Assembly: GCA_030704615.1 (NCBI GenBank)
Contig: CM060732.1
Location: forward strand, 10,354,001 to 10,418,000
Source of the DNA: Takakia lepidozioides
Taxonomy: Eukaryota > Plantae > Bryophyta
Length of the DNA stretch: 64,000 nucleotides
Reading direction: 5' to 3'
Below the pieces are notes generated by a model, which was not told the DNA's origin, ran no database searches, and saw only the letters and a list, made by a program, of their open reading frames with translations. The translations under genes were made by a program, and so were the position numbers. This document shows positions 40,401-50,125 of the stretch, piece by piece (the stretch's first letter is position 1; each line of letters begins with the position of its first letter).

Positions 40401-43400
40401 CACGGATTTGGGCGTTTCCGACACTCGTAAAACCTCGCCACCATTCCCACATGGCAGCGTGACTACTCTCTTGCGACCATCTATGACCGCTCCGGATTTG
40501 CTCAAAAAGGTCATCCCCAAAATGAGATCCACTCCATCGATCTGTAGATGGTGAAGTTCTCACGTCCCTCCCAACTCCCCAGTTGAAGAGGAACATCAAA
40601 CGCCAACCTGTCGCCAACTGTGGTTCTCCTTTGGCAGAACGCACCTCAATAGAGGCCCCCACGTCACTTGTCGGGAGTCCCAACTTTCGCGCTGCCGCCG
40701 CGTCATGAAGGAGTGCGACGCTCCTGTGTCCACCAACAACGACACGTTAGTTCCGGATATTATCCCATCCACAAACAATAACTGACTCCCTTTACGCAGG
40801 GCGCCAGTTTCCTGATACAACTCACAAGAAAATTTGCCTACCTTGCAAGTCCTGGCGACCACCGCTTCCACCAAGCGACTGATGGTATCTTCCGACAGCT
40901 CCGTGGTTGCCCGAGTCATGTTCAATTGTCGAGGTTTTGTGCACTTCTTGGCCATGTGCCCGGGCTCCCCGCAATTGAAACACACTCCATCAAAGGTCGC
41001 CTTCTGTCAGCCATAAGCCGCTCCACCCGCTTTTCCTTTCGAAGCACCGGGTGCCGCCTTGACGTGTGAAGGCCCTCCCTTCGATTTCCACGTGCCATTG
41101 TCGCCGCGTGGCCTATCCCACTTCTTTTCCGGTCGGGAGGAGTCACCTTCCCGCCGGGTCTTCTTGTGGTTCAGCTCTGTACGGCCTTGTCTCTCACCCC
41201 TAGGGACATCCGAGAAACATTCAGCCCTCTCAATTGCCTCGTTCAAAGTCTTGGGTGGCTTCTCCTCCAACTTCCGCCTGGCCCATGGGGCCAGTCCCGC
41301 CACAAAGTTGAAGACCATTTCTGGTTCTGCCATGTCCGCGACTTCGAGCAACAGCACATTGAAAGCCTGGACATACCCCCGAATGTCATCTGTTTGCTTC
41401 AAATTCCTCATCTTGTCCCGGGCAAGCCAGGACGCGTTGAGGGGCACAAACTGTCTCTTCATCAATTCCTTGAACCCACTCCAGTCCAAGGTTTCCGGGC
41501 TTGGACCTCGGTCGTGAAGGCGTTTCTGCCACCATTGTTGAGCATAGCCCCTCAAATAGGTGGGAGCCACTTCCACCCGATCCTCGTCACTCAACTTGGC
41601 CGCCCGGAAGTACTGCTCTAGCTCCAGGAGCCAGGTGTTGAGTGCCTTTTGATTTCGGACGCCCTCGAAGGTGCCGGGTTCCTTAAGCTTCACCTTAAAC
41701 TTTGCCTTAGTGGAAGTGGCATTAGCCGCCTTCAACACGTCTTTCAACGTCCCGTCAAACCGCCAACAACCCTTCCCAAAAGGCTGCCGGCATGGGAGGC
41801 ATCTGTTGGTCGGTCGGAGCTCTCACGGATTCCTCGGGCTCCGACTCCTCGGATTCCTCCCGCTCTTGAGCGGCCTCGCTTTCAGAAACCTGCGTCACTT
41901 CCTCAAACGGCCGCTTCGGTGACACGTCGCCCCCATCGGGCTCACTAGGATCATCATCTTTTGGGCCGTTCCGCTTTCGCTTTTGGCTTGCCCGACCCCA
42001 TGATGAGGCCAATCCCAAGGACGATTGCGTACTGAACTCTAAGCTCTGATACCAAGTGTCGCGCACCTCACTTCGATAAGCTCCCCTTCAAGTCATAGTT
42101 ACTCGCTTTGATGCGCGCGCTGACTCCCAACCTGGCCGCCGGGCCAACTTGGAGCTTTGGCTGCTCACCGGGACATAACGGTCCCCCTTCGCTTCCCACT
42201 AAACCCTCCACCTATTTGGGACTAGGAGAATTCCCTTTGGTAGATGGCAGTCCGGAACAGCTCCCCACTCTTTGGTCGCTTTCCGGCTCGCTCTCTTACT
42301 CACTAGTTTTTGGTCACCAACGGGCTTGCACCGTTCTCGGGGTCACTACTCCCCTTTATATATACTTCTGTAGCTGTCCGCGGGGTTTCACAACAGCCAT
42401 GCCATTTTATGGCGAACCACCACGAAAACCCTCGACTCCCGGTGATGAGTCGCGGTGAGTCTTGGCCCACTCACTACGGCCCCTATGGACCGTGATGAGT
42501 CCCAAGACTCCCCACGACTCCCACCACGAGGTCTCCGCCCCCATGGTGAGTCCTATGCCACCCCCACTAAGTCCCGCTAAGCTACCACCACCCCTTGTGG
42601 AGCCACCCCCACCGCAACCCGGTGTGCGGGGCTCCACCTAGTGAGCGCCTCCGCCTCCTTGGTGCCTTGGGCACTCAAGGGTGCTTCAGCCCCCCATACC
42701 TATCGCTGCCGCTGCCCCCACCACAGGGGCAACCCCTCATGTGTCCCGACCCCCTTGCCCTCAAGGCAAAGGGCCGCGACATAGACCACCTCTGACGTTT
42801 TCATTTCCTTCTCTGCAGACTCTTATCTTTCAGGCATTTTGCTTCGTGAAGGAACATTCGAAATTCAAATTACGTGAAGCAGGAAGACTTGTTGATTCCA
42901 CAGTTGATCCACTGGAGTATAACATCCTGTTCAACCATGTGGGAGAGAAGGACATTCTTTGTGATTTGTCGGGCAAGCCATGGAGGTATGGCAGGACCAG
43001 GAGTCCTGCATTCATCCAGACGCTCATGGAAACGTGTACGGATTTGAAGGCAGGGTCCTTGACGTCACTGCAAATACAGGTGAGAACGTTAATTGAATGC
43101 GGCACCGAAATTGACACCATTTCCGTTTGTGTATGTTTGCTTGTGCGAGGAAGCGACTCATTCTTGAGTTTGGCTGTGGTTGTGTCGTATGAATTCGCAG
43201 GTGCCTGTATGTGGGCGGGAAGGATGTCAAACCGATTTGTGTTCTCATTTGAGGGGGATACGGCCTTGTACAATTACAATTTGGCGGGCCTTCAGCGTTT
43301 GCCTCCGACTGAGGATCCCAAAAACGCAGAAGAGGACGTGGAAAGAGAGGAGGAAGTCCAGGAAATTCGTTCGATGCAGGGGCGCCCGAAGCCGCTTCCC

Positions 43401-43975
43401 CCAATGCCTGTCTTCGAGTGAGTTGCACCATAGTAAGTGTATTGGTTTCGGTTGTAGGGACCATGCAACCTGCCGATGATTCCCTGTTTGAATTCTCTAA
43501 TGTACTTCAATGTTGTGCGTACACTCAGCCTTGCAGAGTCGTCCGACGAGGAGAAGCTGGGAGACTTGCCCGAATCGGACCCTGTTGCAGAGGAGGAGAC
43601 AGAATCGCATCGGCCATTCTTTGCCAGAAAATCGTTTCTCGCGAGTCCCCAGAAGCCTTTTTTTCTACCAGCACGGCTGCCAGAGAAGCCATCAGGATGG
43701 AGGATAGGCCTACTCGGTTAGAGCAATTGACATACGGGAATGAGCAGAGAATTATAATGAGGCGTGAGGCCAAACATAGAATTGTGAAAGGCAGAGTTAG
43801 GAAGTTCGTAATAGAATCCGCGTCCGAGAGCGAGGGGAATGTTGAGGACACTTCCGCACCCAGGTGGACAGTTCCGGCTGGTGAGGATGGTATTTTTGAG
43901 GGAGGGCTTCTCAGAGTAACAGCGGTAGCGGCAGTGCAGGTTCGGGGCAGGTGGAAGGCAGCCATCTTTGCATGA
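19425..43975 (+). CDS. Multi-exon MULE accessory gene: N-terminal ParB/Sulfiredoxin-like domain, basic linker, C-terminal beta-class N4C/N6A DNA-methyltransferase-like domain. Approximate exons 19425-20180, 20324-20512, 20604-20888, 34031-34149, 34229-34442, 34663-35802, 42819-43079, 43201-43417, 43537-43975; several frameshifts
   Basis: FFVWDGNHR (20017-20043); [11 protein letters not shown] (35527-35559); [14 protein letters not shown].[32 protein letters not shown] across the 43080-43200 intron; canonical GT-AG junctions. Confidence 0.72.
20936..21884 (+). repeat. 5' LTR of 2B
   Basis: TG...CA, direct repeat of 33055-33988. Confidence 0.95.
21887..21904 (+). promoter_or_regulatory. Primer-binding site, tRNA-Arg-like
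   Basis: TGGCGACCATACTGGGGA immediately after the LTR; approximates the complement of the plant tRNA-Arg(UCG) 3' end. Confidence 0.75.
22487..28480 (+). pseudogene. gag-pol of 2B (multiple frameshifts)
   Basis: Gag [14 protein letters not shown]; [14 protein letters not shown] and [14 protein letters not shown]; VLIDGGSG; MDGFSGYNQ...FLDDF; CDASG...TTEREAL; integrase HHCC and DDE. Confidence 0.93.
28612..28792 (+). repeat. Internal CACAGC(ctat) tandem micro-repeat array
   Basis: cacagcctatcacagc units between pol and the extra ORF. Confidence 0.85.
29185..33016 (+). pseudogene. Extra 3' ORF of 2B (roughly 1200 codons, coiled-coil centre), frameshifted
   Basis: Chain of overlapping ORFs homologous to 9120-12366. 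Confidence 0.8.
33055..33988 (+). repeat. 3' LTR of 2B
   Basis: Follows PPT gaggggggaaggggt; followed by TSD TTATG. Confidence 0.95.
35867..36587 (-). repeat. 3' LTR of element 3
   Basis: Direct repeat of 42057-42781, TG...CA. Confidence 0.95.
37460..42003 (-). pseudogene. gag-pol with C-terminal chromodomain (frameshifted)
   Basis: [17 protein letters not shown]; [14 protein letters not shown]; LVDTGAS; [14 protein letters not shown]; TDASD; SMDF...DRFSK; YEVEAIL...YLVKWKGY...ASW. Confidence 0.93.
42043..42054 (-). promoter_or_regulatory. PBS (tRNA-iMet)
   Basis: TGGTATCAGAGC directly inside the 5' LTR. Confidence 0.92.
42057..42781 (-). repeat. 5' LTR of element 3
   Basis: Direct repeat of 35867-36587. 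Confidence 0.95.
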
Positions 43976-44254
43976 GGCCGGGGATGCATCGGACAGTGAT
44001 AGCGGATCCTCACCATAGCAAAGTCTCATTTGGATCCTTTTGTTGTACAGTTCTGAAACACTTAATGAAAATATTGACGATTTGAAAAATCATTGTGTTC
44101 AGACTGCTTGTCGATTCCCTACATTTCTTCCGCCAACCAAAATGTATAATAAAAGCAGAAGAGACGCAAACTTCAGTGAAGAACCCTACAAGTAATTATG
44201 CACACCATCGAGCCGGAACTTGAAGCCATGAAAAACCCTGCCGTTTCTAACATT

Positions 44255-44698
44255 CCTATTGGGAAATTTGGCGCCGAAATAGCCCAGTGCGCGCCTTCGT
44301 TATATGGGCCTCAAAAATTCCACGGATGAATTACTGCACCAAAATATCGCGATGGAAGCCTTCAGCACATTCCACTTGGGTATTCGGCGCCGAAATAGCC
44401 CGTTCTGCGCCTTAATACCGCACTATATCACATTTTAAGAGGTAATTTTGGTGCCGAAATACCACGGTGGATGTCTTCAAAACACCATTTTAGCACACTG
44501 CTCTTGGGAATAACGGTGCCGAAATACCTCATTCCGCATCCTGGAAAGAGAGAAACAGACCCTATTACCGAGGTAAGAGAACATAACACCGTCAATAAAG
44601 GCAGAAAAATTCCAATTCCGCGGATGCCTGCTCATGAGCTCATAGGCTCATAGGCTCATAGGCTCATGGGCTCATGCGCTCATGAAATAGTAAACCTC
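44255..44698. repeat. Right subterminal GGYGCCGAAAT motifs, CTCATRG array and right TIR of the MULE
   Basis: Motifs at ~44270, 44385, 44450 and 44515; gctcatgaaatagtaaacctc terminus. Confidence 0.88.
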
Positions 44699-44700
44699 GT

Positions 44701-45626
44701 TCCCCAGTATGGTCGCCAAATGTCGAGCGGCTTTTACTCACCCATCCCTTTTGCTATCCGAGGTGGGAACTCCAAGATAGAAGAGTTGGATATCTCTAAG
44801 CACTTAGCCCGCTCAGAACAATTAGTCATGACCTACAACTAGTGGTCATGGTTGTGCTTCCTGTTTGTATTTCTTCTTGCCTTCATGTTAGCAAATTACC
44901 TTACTGTGTATACTTAAGCATCAGATTGCTTCAGTATCTATCAAGTTCCATTCACTCATCCATTCATTCCATAGCTTCACTCCAGTCTCTCTACACAGTG
45001 TGATTGTATCGAATAAGTATCAAATTAAGATTTATCATGTATCAGGCCGAAGCCATGGTGTCCCTAGCCTGCTCTATGGTATATCACTACAGCTTGCATC
45101 ATCAGTTCGTGACTCCTCCATCTCTCCGTTCCAGATCGTGCTCTCATTCCCAATGGCTAAGTCTTGATCTCCGGAAGTGTCCTCCCCAGAAGTGCTCCCC
45201 GAGAAGTGTCATCTCCATGTTGCTACTCTGCCTAATTTACCTGCAAGCTGTTCTAACCGCCTAACTAACTAACTGTCACCCAAGAAGTAAGCACGTTCCT
45301 TCTGCAGATGTCGTTCCCACACAGTCGTTCCCTACCAGTGATAACCGTTGCCTATGTACGCTGTGACGGACTGTGCCAAGCTGTGTCGGGCTGTGACTGT
45401 GCCAAGCTGTGACTTGCTATGTCGGACTGTGTCGGGCTGTGACTGGCTGTGTGAAACTGTGTGAAGCTGTGTCGGGTTGTGTCGTGCTGTGTCGGGCTGT
45501 GCGAAGCTTGTGTACCACCCTATAAGCCTGTGTTGGTCTAAGTCTACCATCGTAAGTCTGTGCAAAAATTAAGGGTACCCCACAGAACCCGTAAAAAGTG
45601 TCTAAGTCCCAGACAGCCCTCTAACA
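44701..45626 (-). mobile_element. 5' LTR (44721-45626) and PBS (44701-44718) of family-2 copy C; its internal sequence continues at 14008-13998
   Basis: Reverse-complement homology to the 2A/2B LTRs; TGGCGACCATACTGGGGA; ctgggtcaagaa matches 2B ctgggacatgaa. Confidence 0.92.
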
Positions 45627-46816
45627 TACACCGAATTGAAGGAAGTACCTTCTTACATTAGAAAAAAAAATGAGGCCAAAGAAAGGCTACTCCAAGGTGC
45701 ATTTGTGTCCCTATAGCTGCTCAAGGCGGGCAGATATTTTTGAAATGTACTTGAACGTCCACCGTGGCAAAATGGATGAATTCCACCGTGACGATGTTTC
45801 CACCGTGGCAAAATTATTTCCACGGAGGATGACGTTTTTGGCGGGGAGCGCCGGCTTCTCGCGCGCTTCTTCCCCGCTTCTCGCGCGCGGCTTCTTCCAT
45901 TTTCTCGCCGTTCTTCCATCTCCTCTTGCAGCGTGTACTGCTTGCGATGTGAGCAACGTGAGTATCGTGCTCAGATCATTGTGCTTAGGGGTAAGTTTTG
46001 TGAATGAGTTCCTTTATCTGGTTGTGAAGGCTTTGATTCTAGCATGTGGTAGTGTAGCGTGGGGAGCAGCTGCAGGGAGGTAGTGTGGTGGCGTAGCGTC
46101 GCGAGTGTTTGCCTGCAGTACGCGCTAACCTTGCTCTGTGCAAGTTGTGTCAAATTTAAAGTATGGTAAAGCTCTGGTCTTCTTCTGTAATTGCTTTGCC
46201 AGACTTGTCATCCTTCTCCCATTATTCGTGAGACTCACTCTCACATGGTGCATCAGTACGTGGACCCTTGTGTTGTGTGCATTGTGTCAGTGCTGATGCA
46301 ATCGCTAGGGCTTGGCGAATTCTTGAAAGTATACCAGGGCGAGCCACGGGTGCTTACAGTCATAGTCAGGTATTGTGGTGCAACGTTGTAAGTTCAATTC
46401 ACTTGTTTATCTAGACACACTGGGAGAGGTTGTATTAGGTGCCTAGTAAGTGACGAGGGATCAACGCGTCGATCCAAGAGCTTTTCGGTACAATTTCACA
46501 AGGCTGCCAGCTGATGTAGAGCCACTGATGCTTGCAAGTAGCGTATGGCTTTGAAGTTGGGCTCGAAGGCAGCTACCCAACAACCATAAGCTGCTGCTAT
46601 GAGGGAGAAGTATCCAATCTGCTCGTTTTTAATCTTCCAGGGGTATTTTCCATCTTGTTCATCTTGAGTTTTACATTAGAGAACCGCAGGTCTTTAGGTG
46701 CATAGTTAGGGATGCCCCATGCAGCTGCAAACCGCGTATTCTGGTACGGGACTAGATTTCGCTAGAACGGATTTTACCCGGCTATGTAGCTACCACTTAT
46801 TCAACGCATGCTGCAG

Positions 46817-46877
46817 GTACCCTAAGGACGCTGACAAAGTTCTGTTAGCCAAGCAAATTGGTTTGATATGAAGCCAG
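46817..46877 (+). pseudogene. Captured BEL1-like (TALE) homeobox exon
   Basis: cag|...YPKDADKVLLAKQIGLI*SQ|gtaa, 61-bp exon with both splice sites. Confidence 0.85.
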
Positions 46878-48945
46878 GTAACATTTCATCGCAGAGGGTT
46901 TCTTGCTTGCGCTTGACAATGAGGTGTATGCTTGGGTTTCTGTCTGCCAAGGCTGAATGAGTAGTTTGCTAAGCGAGCCAGCGCCCTGCTTGTGTCCGCT
47001 GGGAAGCAATCCTCGGCGCTCGTCGGTGACCTTACCGCAATGTTCGATGCACACCAACATACCTGTGATCACAACAAGGACTTCAGAGAAGATCGGAGAA
47101 CTGACCTTAAAAACAAACTGAGTTCACAGAAATGGGCCTCTTGACTGGTATGTGTAGAATAACTTTGTGGTTGAGCTTCATATTCAGAACCACGTTGTGT
47201 GGCACTAATGAATTTGACTATGGCTCTGTATGGAGACTTTGGCTCTGGATTTGACTTTGGCTTTGGCACTTGTATGCAGGAACATTTCTAGCAGCGAAGT
47301 ACAGCAATAGATCCACCACAGTTGCTGCCACCACACTGAAGCAGGTCTGTCCTTACTCACAACTCGGTCTTCTCTTCAATAGGTACTAACAGATAGGTAC
47401 TGATGGGTAGGTACTGACAGCCATAAGAAATCCCTTTGACACTCATTTTAGTCAGAATGTAGTCAGAATGGGAATTTTCTGGATCTGAAAACAGTGGATC
47501 AGTGTAAACATCGAGGGACCCTTTCTCTGTACATTTTCTCTACAAGGGGCATCTAAGACATAACCATTTCTTCAGATGCGAGAACGGAGTCTTACATGAT
47601 GAGTCGTGCATTCATGGATGCAACTCGGAGTTCCAAGAGCTGGAGGTAGTACCAACTGCAGCTATTGTGGAGGGTCCACCGGAGCCAGCTGTAGCAGTTT
47701 CCTCTCCTTTGCCGGAGGTCTCTGATGAGCCCCTCGAACTCTTTTTCACTGTAGGTCAATTTTTGACAAAGTCTCCATCTCTGCTTTTGCTTTTATCTTC
47801 CTGTACTGGAGTGTTACAAACTGGAGTTCTGGGTGATGGCTTCAAGGTGAGGTTAAGCATATTCTTGGAGGTACAGTCCCCCCTTCCCTCTTCTCTTCTC
47901 TCTGGAGATTTTGGCATTCCGTCCTTAAGCTCCCGACGAGATGAATTCAAGGTCAGATGGTGGGGTCAGCTGCAACATATGCCGAACACCAGGTATCCTA
48001 AGTTAATCGACTCTATATCTTGGAAAGAGGACCGCCCTGTCAAACAGGCTAAGTCCTGGCAACGGCAAACGGCAAACAACGTCTTATGAGTACAATCTCT
48101 GGAGATTTTCTCTACAAGTACAAGTTAGTTTGATGATGGTTGCTATGGTTGAGAAATGATTTGTGTAGTGTTTTTGTGTGGAAGCAGAATGCAGTTCGTG
48201 TGAACAACACCGAATTACCACCATCAACAGACTCACGGCCATTAGGAGGACGGTGTCTGTGATGCACTCTTCCGGCTGTTAGAGGTTACTCTTCCTTTCT
48301 GCTGCTTCTAGCTGTGTTGTAATCCTATTGAGACACCGTTAACATTGGAGTAGGGCCCTGATGCCCGCATGACATTGCTGGTGCCCTGTTTATTCTTAGT
48401 TACAGATTTAGTATGCAAATTGATTTCTTATTCCATGGATTTATGGTGTTAATCACTTTCTCGCATGCTGTTGCTCATGCGTTTATCTTTCAGCCTGGAC
48501 ATGGTTATATTATATGGACATGCTACACATCAAGATTAATTTGCCTATTTTGGTCGTGAAGCTTGTAGAGGCACGGCGAATTGAGGAAGGTGGAAAGAAG
48601 ACCTTTGCCAATGTTTTATAAAGAAGAGAGTCTGACATCCCGACTGAAATCTTTCTCTGATATCTCACCTGATCTCCAGTAGGTTTCTGCCAGGGCTGGT
48701 GTCTTACTGCCTTGGTTGAAGTTCTTGTAGATCTGTTAGCAAGTTGCCAATCGGCTCAGTTTTTAGTTATTTACTGGGGATTACCTCACAATCTGTTTTA
48801 CAATTGTAGTTTCAGTTATTTGCTGGGGATTACCTCACAATCTGCTTTACAATTGGAATTGGAATTTTAGCGGAGGTGAAGTAGGGTTATCAAATGACTA
48901 TGCTAGGGGCCTATCTTGGGTCAAATTGGTTTTGGCTTTGTACAG

Positions 48946-49030
48946 GGCCAGAGTACTTCGGATCTGCAAACCCCACCATTGTCAGGCTGATTCAGCAGTT
49001 GCCCAATGCAGAGAAGTGCACGAAGTATAG
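48946..49030 (+). pseudogene. Captured FYRC-domain exon
   Basis: ag|GPEYFGSANPTIVRLIQQLPNAEKCTKY|gt. Confidence 0.75.
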
Positions 49031-49899
49031 GTCAGCATTCTCCATATCCATCATATGAATCACACACAATCACACAGGGTTTGACAGGCGGTGCTAGCCA
49101 ATGGGGAGGTGGTCATTTGCAGTACCACCAGGCAATCATGCAAAGCACTTGAGGACATAGCCTGGTTGAGTGGTTAGCACATCCAGCTATTGCATGCAAT
49201 CCTACGCTGCTGCTGACTGCTGGCATCATCTATTCCCATGAGCAAAATTACAATGAATCTCTCAAGCATACATATGTGGGGGGGACTCTTGACTTGTGAG
49301 TAATCTATCAGAACCCAGGGTTTGTCAAATCATATCTGTTGGTGCTGTAGGGATGAGGGTTTGGGTTTTGGTACAGTGGGCCACACTTTGATGGCCAGGA
49401 TATGTTGTTCTTTATGAGGTGGGGCTGGTTGGGTTGGTTTCGCAAGATAAGGAATGCCTCTGCTTAATCACTGTTGCTATTCTTTGACAGCTGGGCATCA
49501 CAGATTCAAGCTGCGTATGGTGATGGTGAAGGCACTGGGGAGGACCTCATCTGGTACTTCGGGGCATAGAACAATGGGCCGGATGAGAGTAGATGGATAC
49601 CTGTTTCAACAAACACTTGTTTCACGTTTGATGGACACTTGTTTCAACAAACGGATAAATAAAGTCAAATAAGGTGGAAAGGTATAGGATAAATAAAGTC
49701 AAATAAGTTGAAGCCAAACAAGCTTGAATTGAAATAAGTTTAAAGTCAAACAAGTTGAATTGAGGCTAAATCAAATAAACTTCGGTACTTGTATCAGATA
49801 ACAGAAGCCACACTTTAAGAAGTGTTACTGCCGGTCACATACCATATCCAGACGTGTGATCAGCATTTGAGCTTCAAGCAATTCCTAATACCCTCACAA

Positions 49900-50099
49900 C
49901 TTTTGTAAAATTGCAGCACTCCATTAGTCAGACAATGCCAAGGAATTAATAAACAAGATACTGGCTTTTGTAAAATTGGAGCACTCCATTAGTCAGACAA
50001 TATCAAGGAATTAACAAACAGGATACTGGCTTTTGTAAAATCGGAGCACTCCATTAGTCAGACAATGCCAAGGAATTAACAAACATGATATTGGCTTTT
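49900..50099. repeat. 3 x 65-bp tandem repeat upstream of the RAG1-like gene
   Basis: cttttgtaaaatt...ccattagtcagacaat...gatactgg at 49900, 49965 and 50030. Confidence 0.92.
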
Positions 50100-50125
50100 A
50101 ACCTTCAGGCACTCAGCTTCTGAGA

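Larger units (their letters stand above)
35867..42781 (-). mobile_element. Full-length chromovirus (Galadriel-like) LTR retrotransposon 3
   Basis: LTRs 35867-36587 and 42057-42781; TSD TAGGC/TAGAC; PBS TGGTATCAGAGC; chromodomain. Confidence 0.95.
14018..44698. mobile_element. Mutator-like (MULE) DNA transposon, ~10.7 kb after removing two nested LTR elements
   Basis: Perfect 9-bp TSD GTTCCCCAG (14009-14017 and 44699-44707); TIRs GGGGGTTGCTATTCCATGAGC and GAGGTTTACTATTTCATGAGC (17/21 identical); CATGAGC subterminal arrays; MULE transposase. Confidence 0.92.

Noticed and set aside
19425-43975. Bacterial contamination explaining the ParB/MTase motifs
   Set aside because: The gene has spliceosomal introns, lies within a TSD-bounded plant TE and is interrupted by plant retrotransposons
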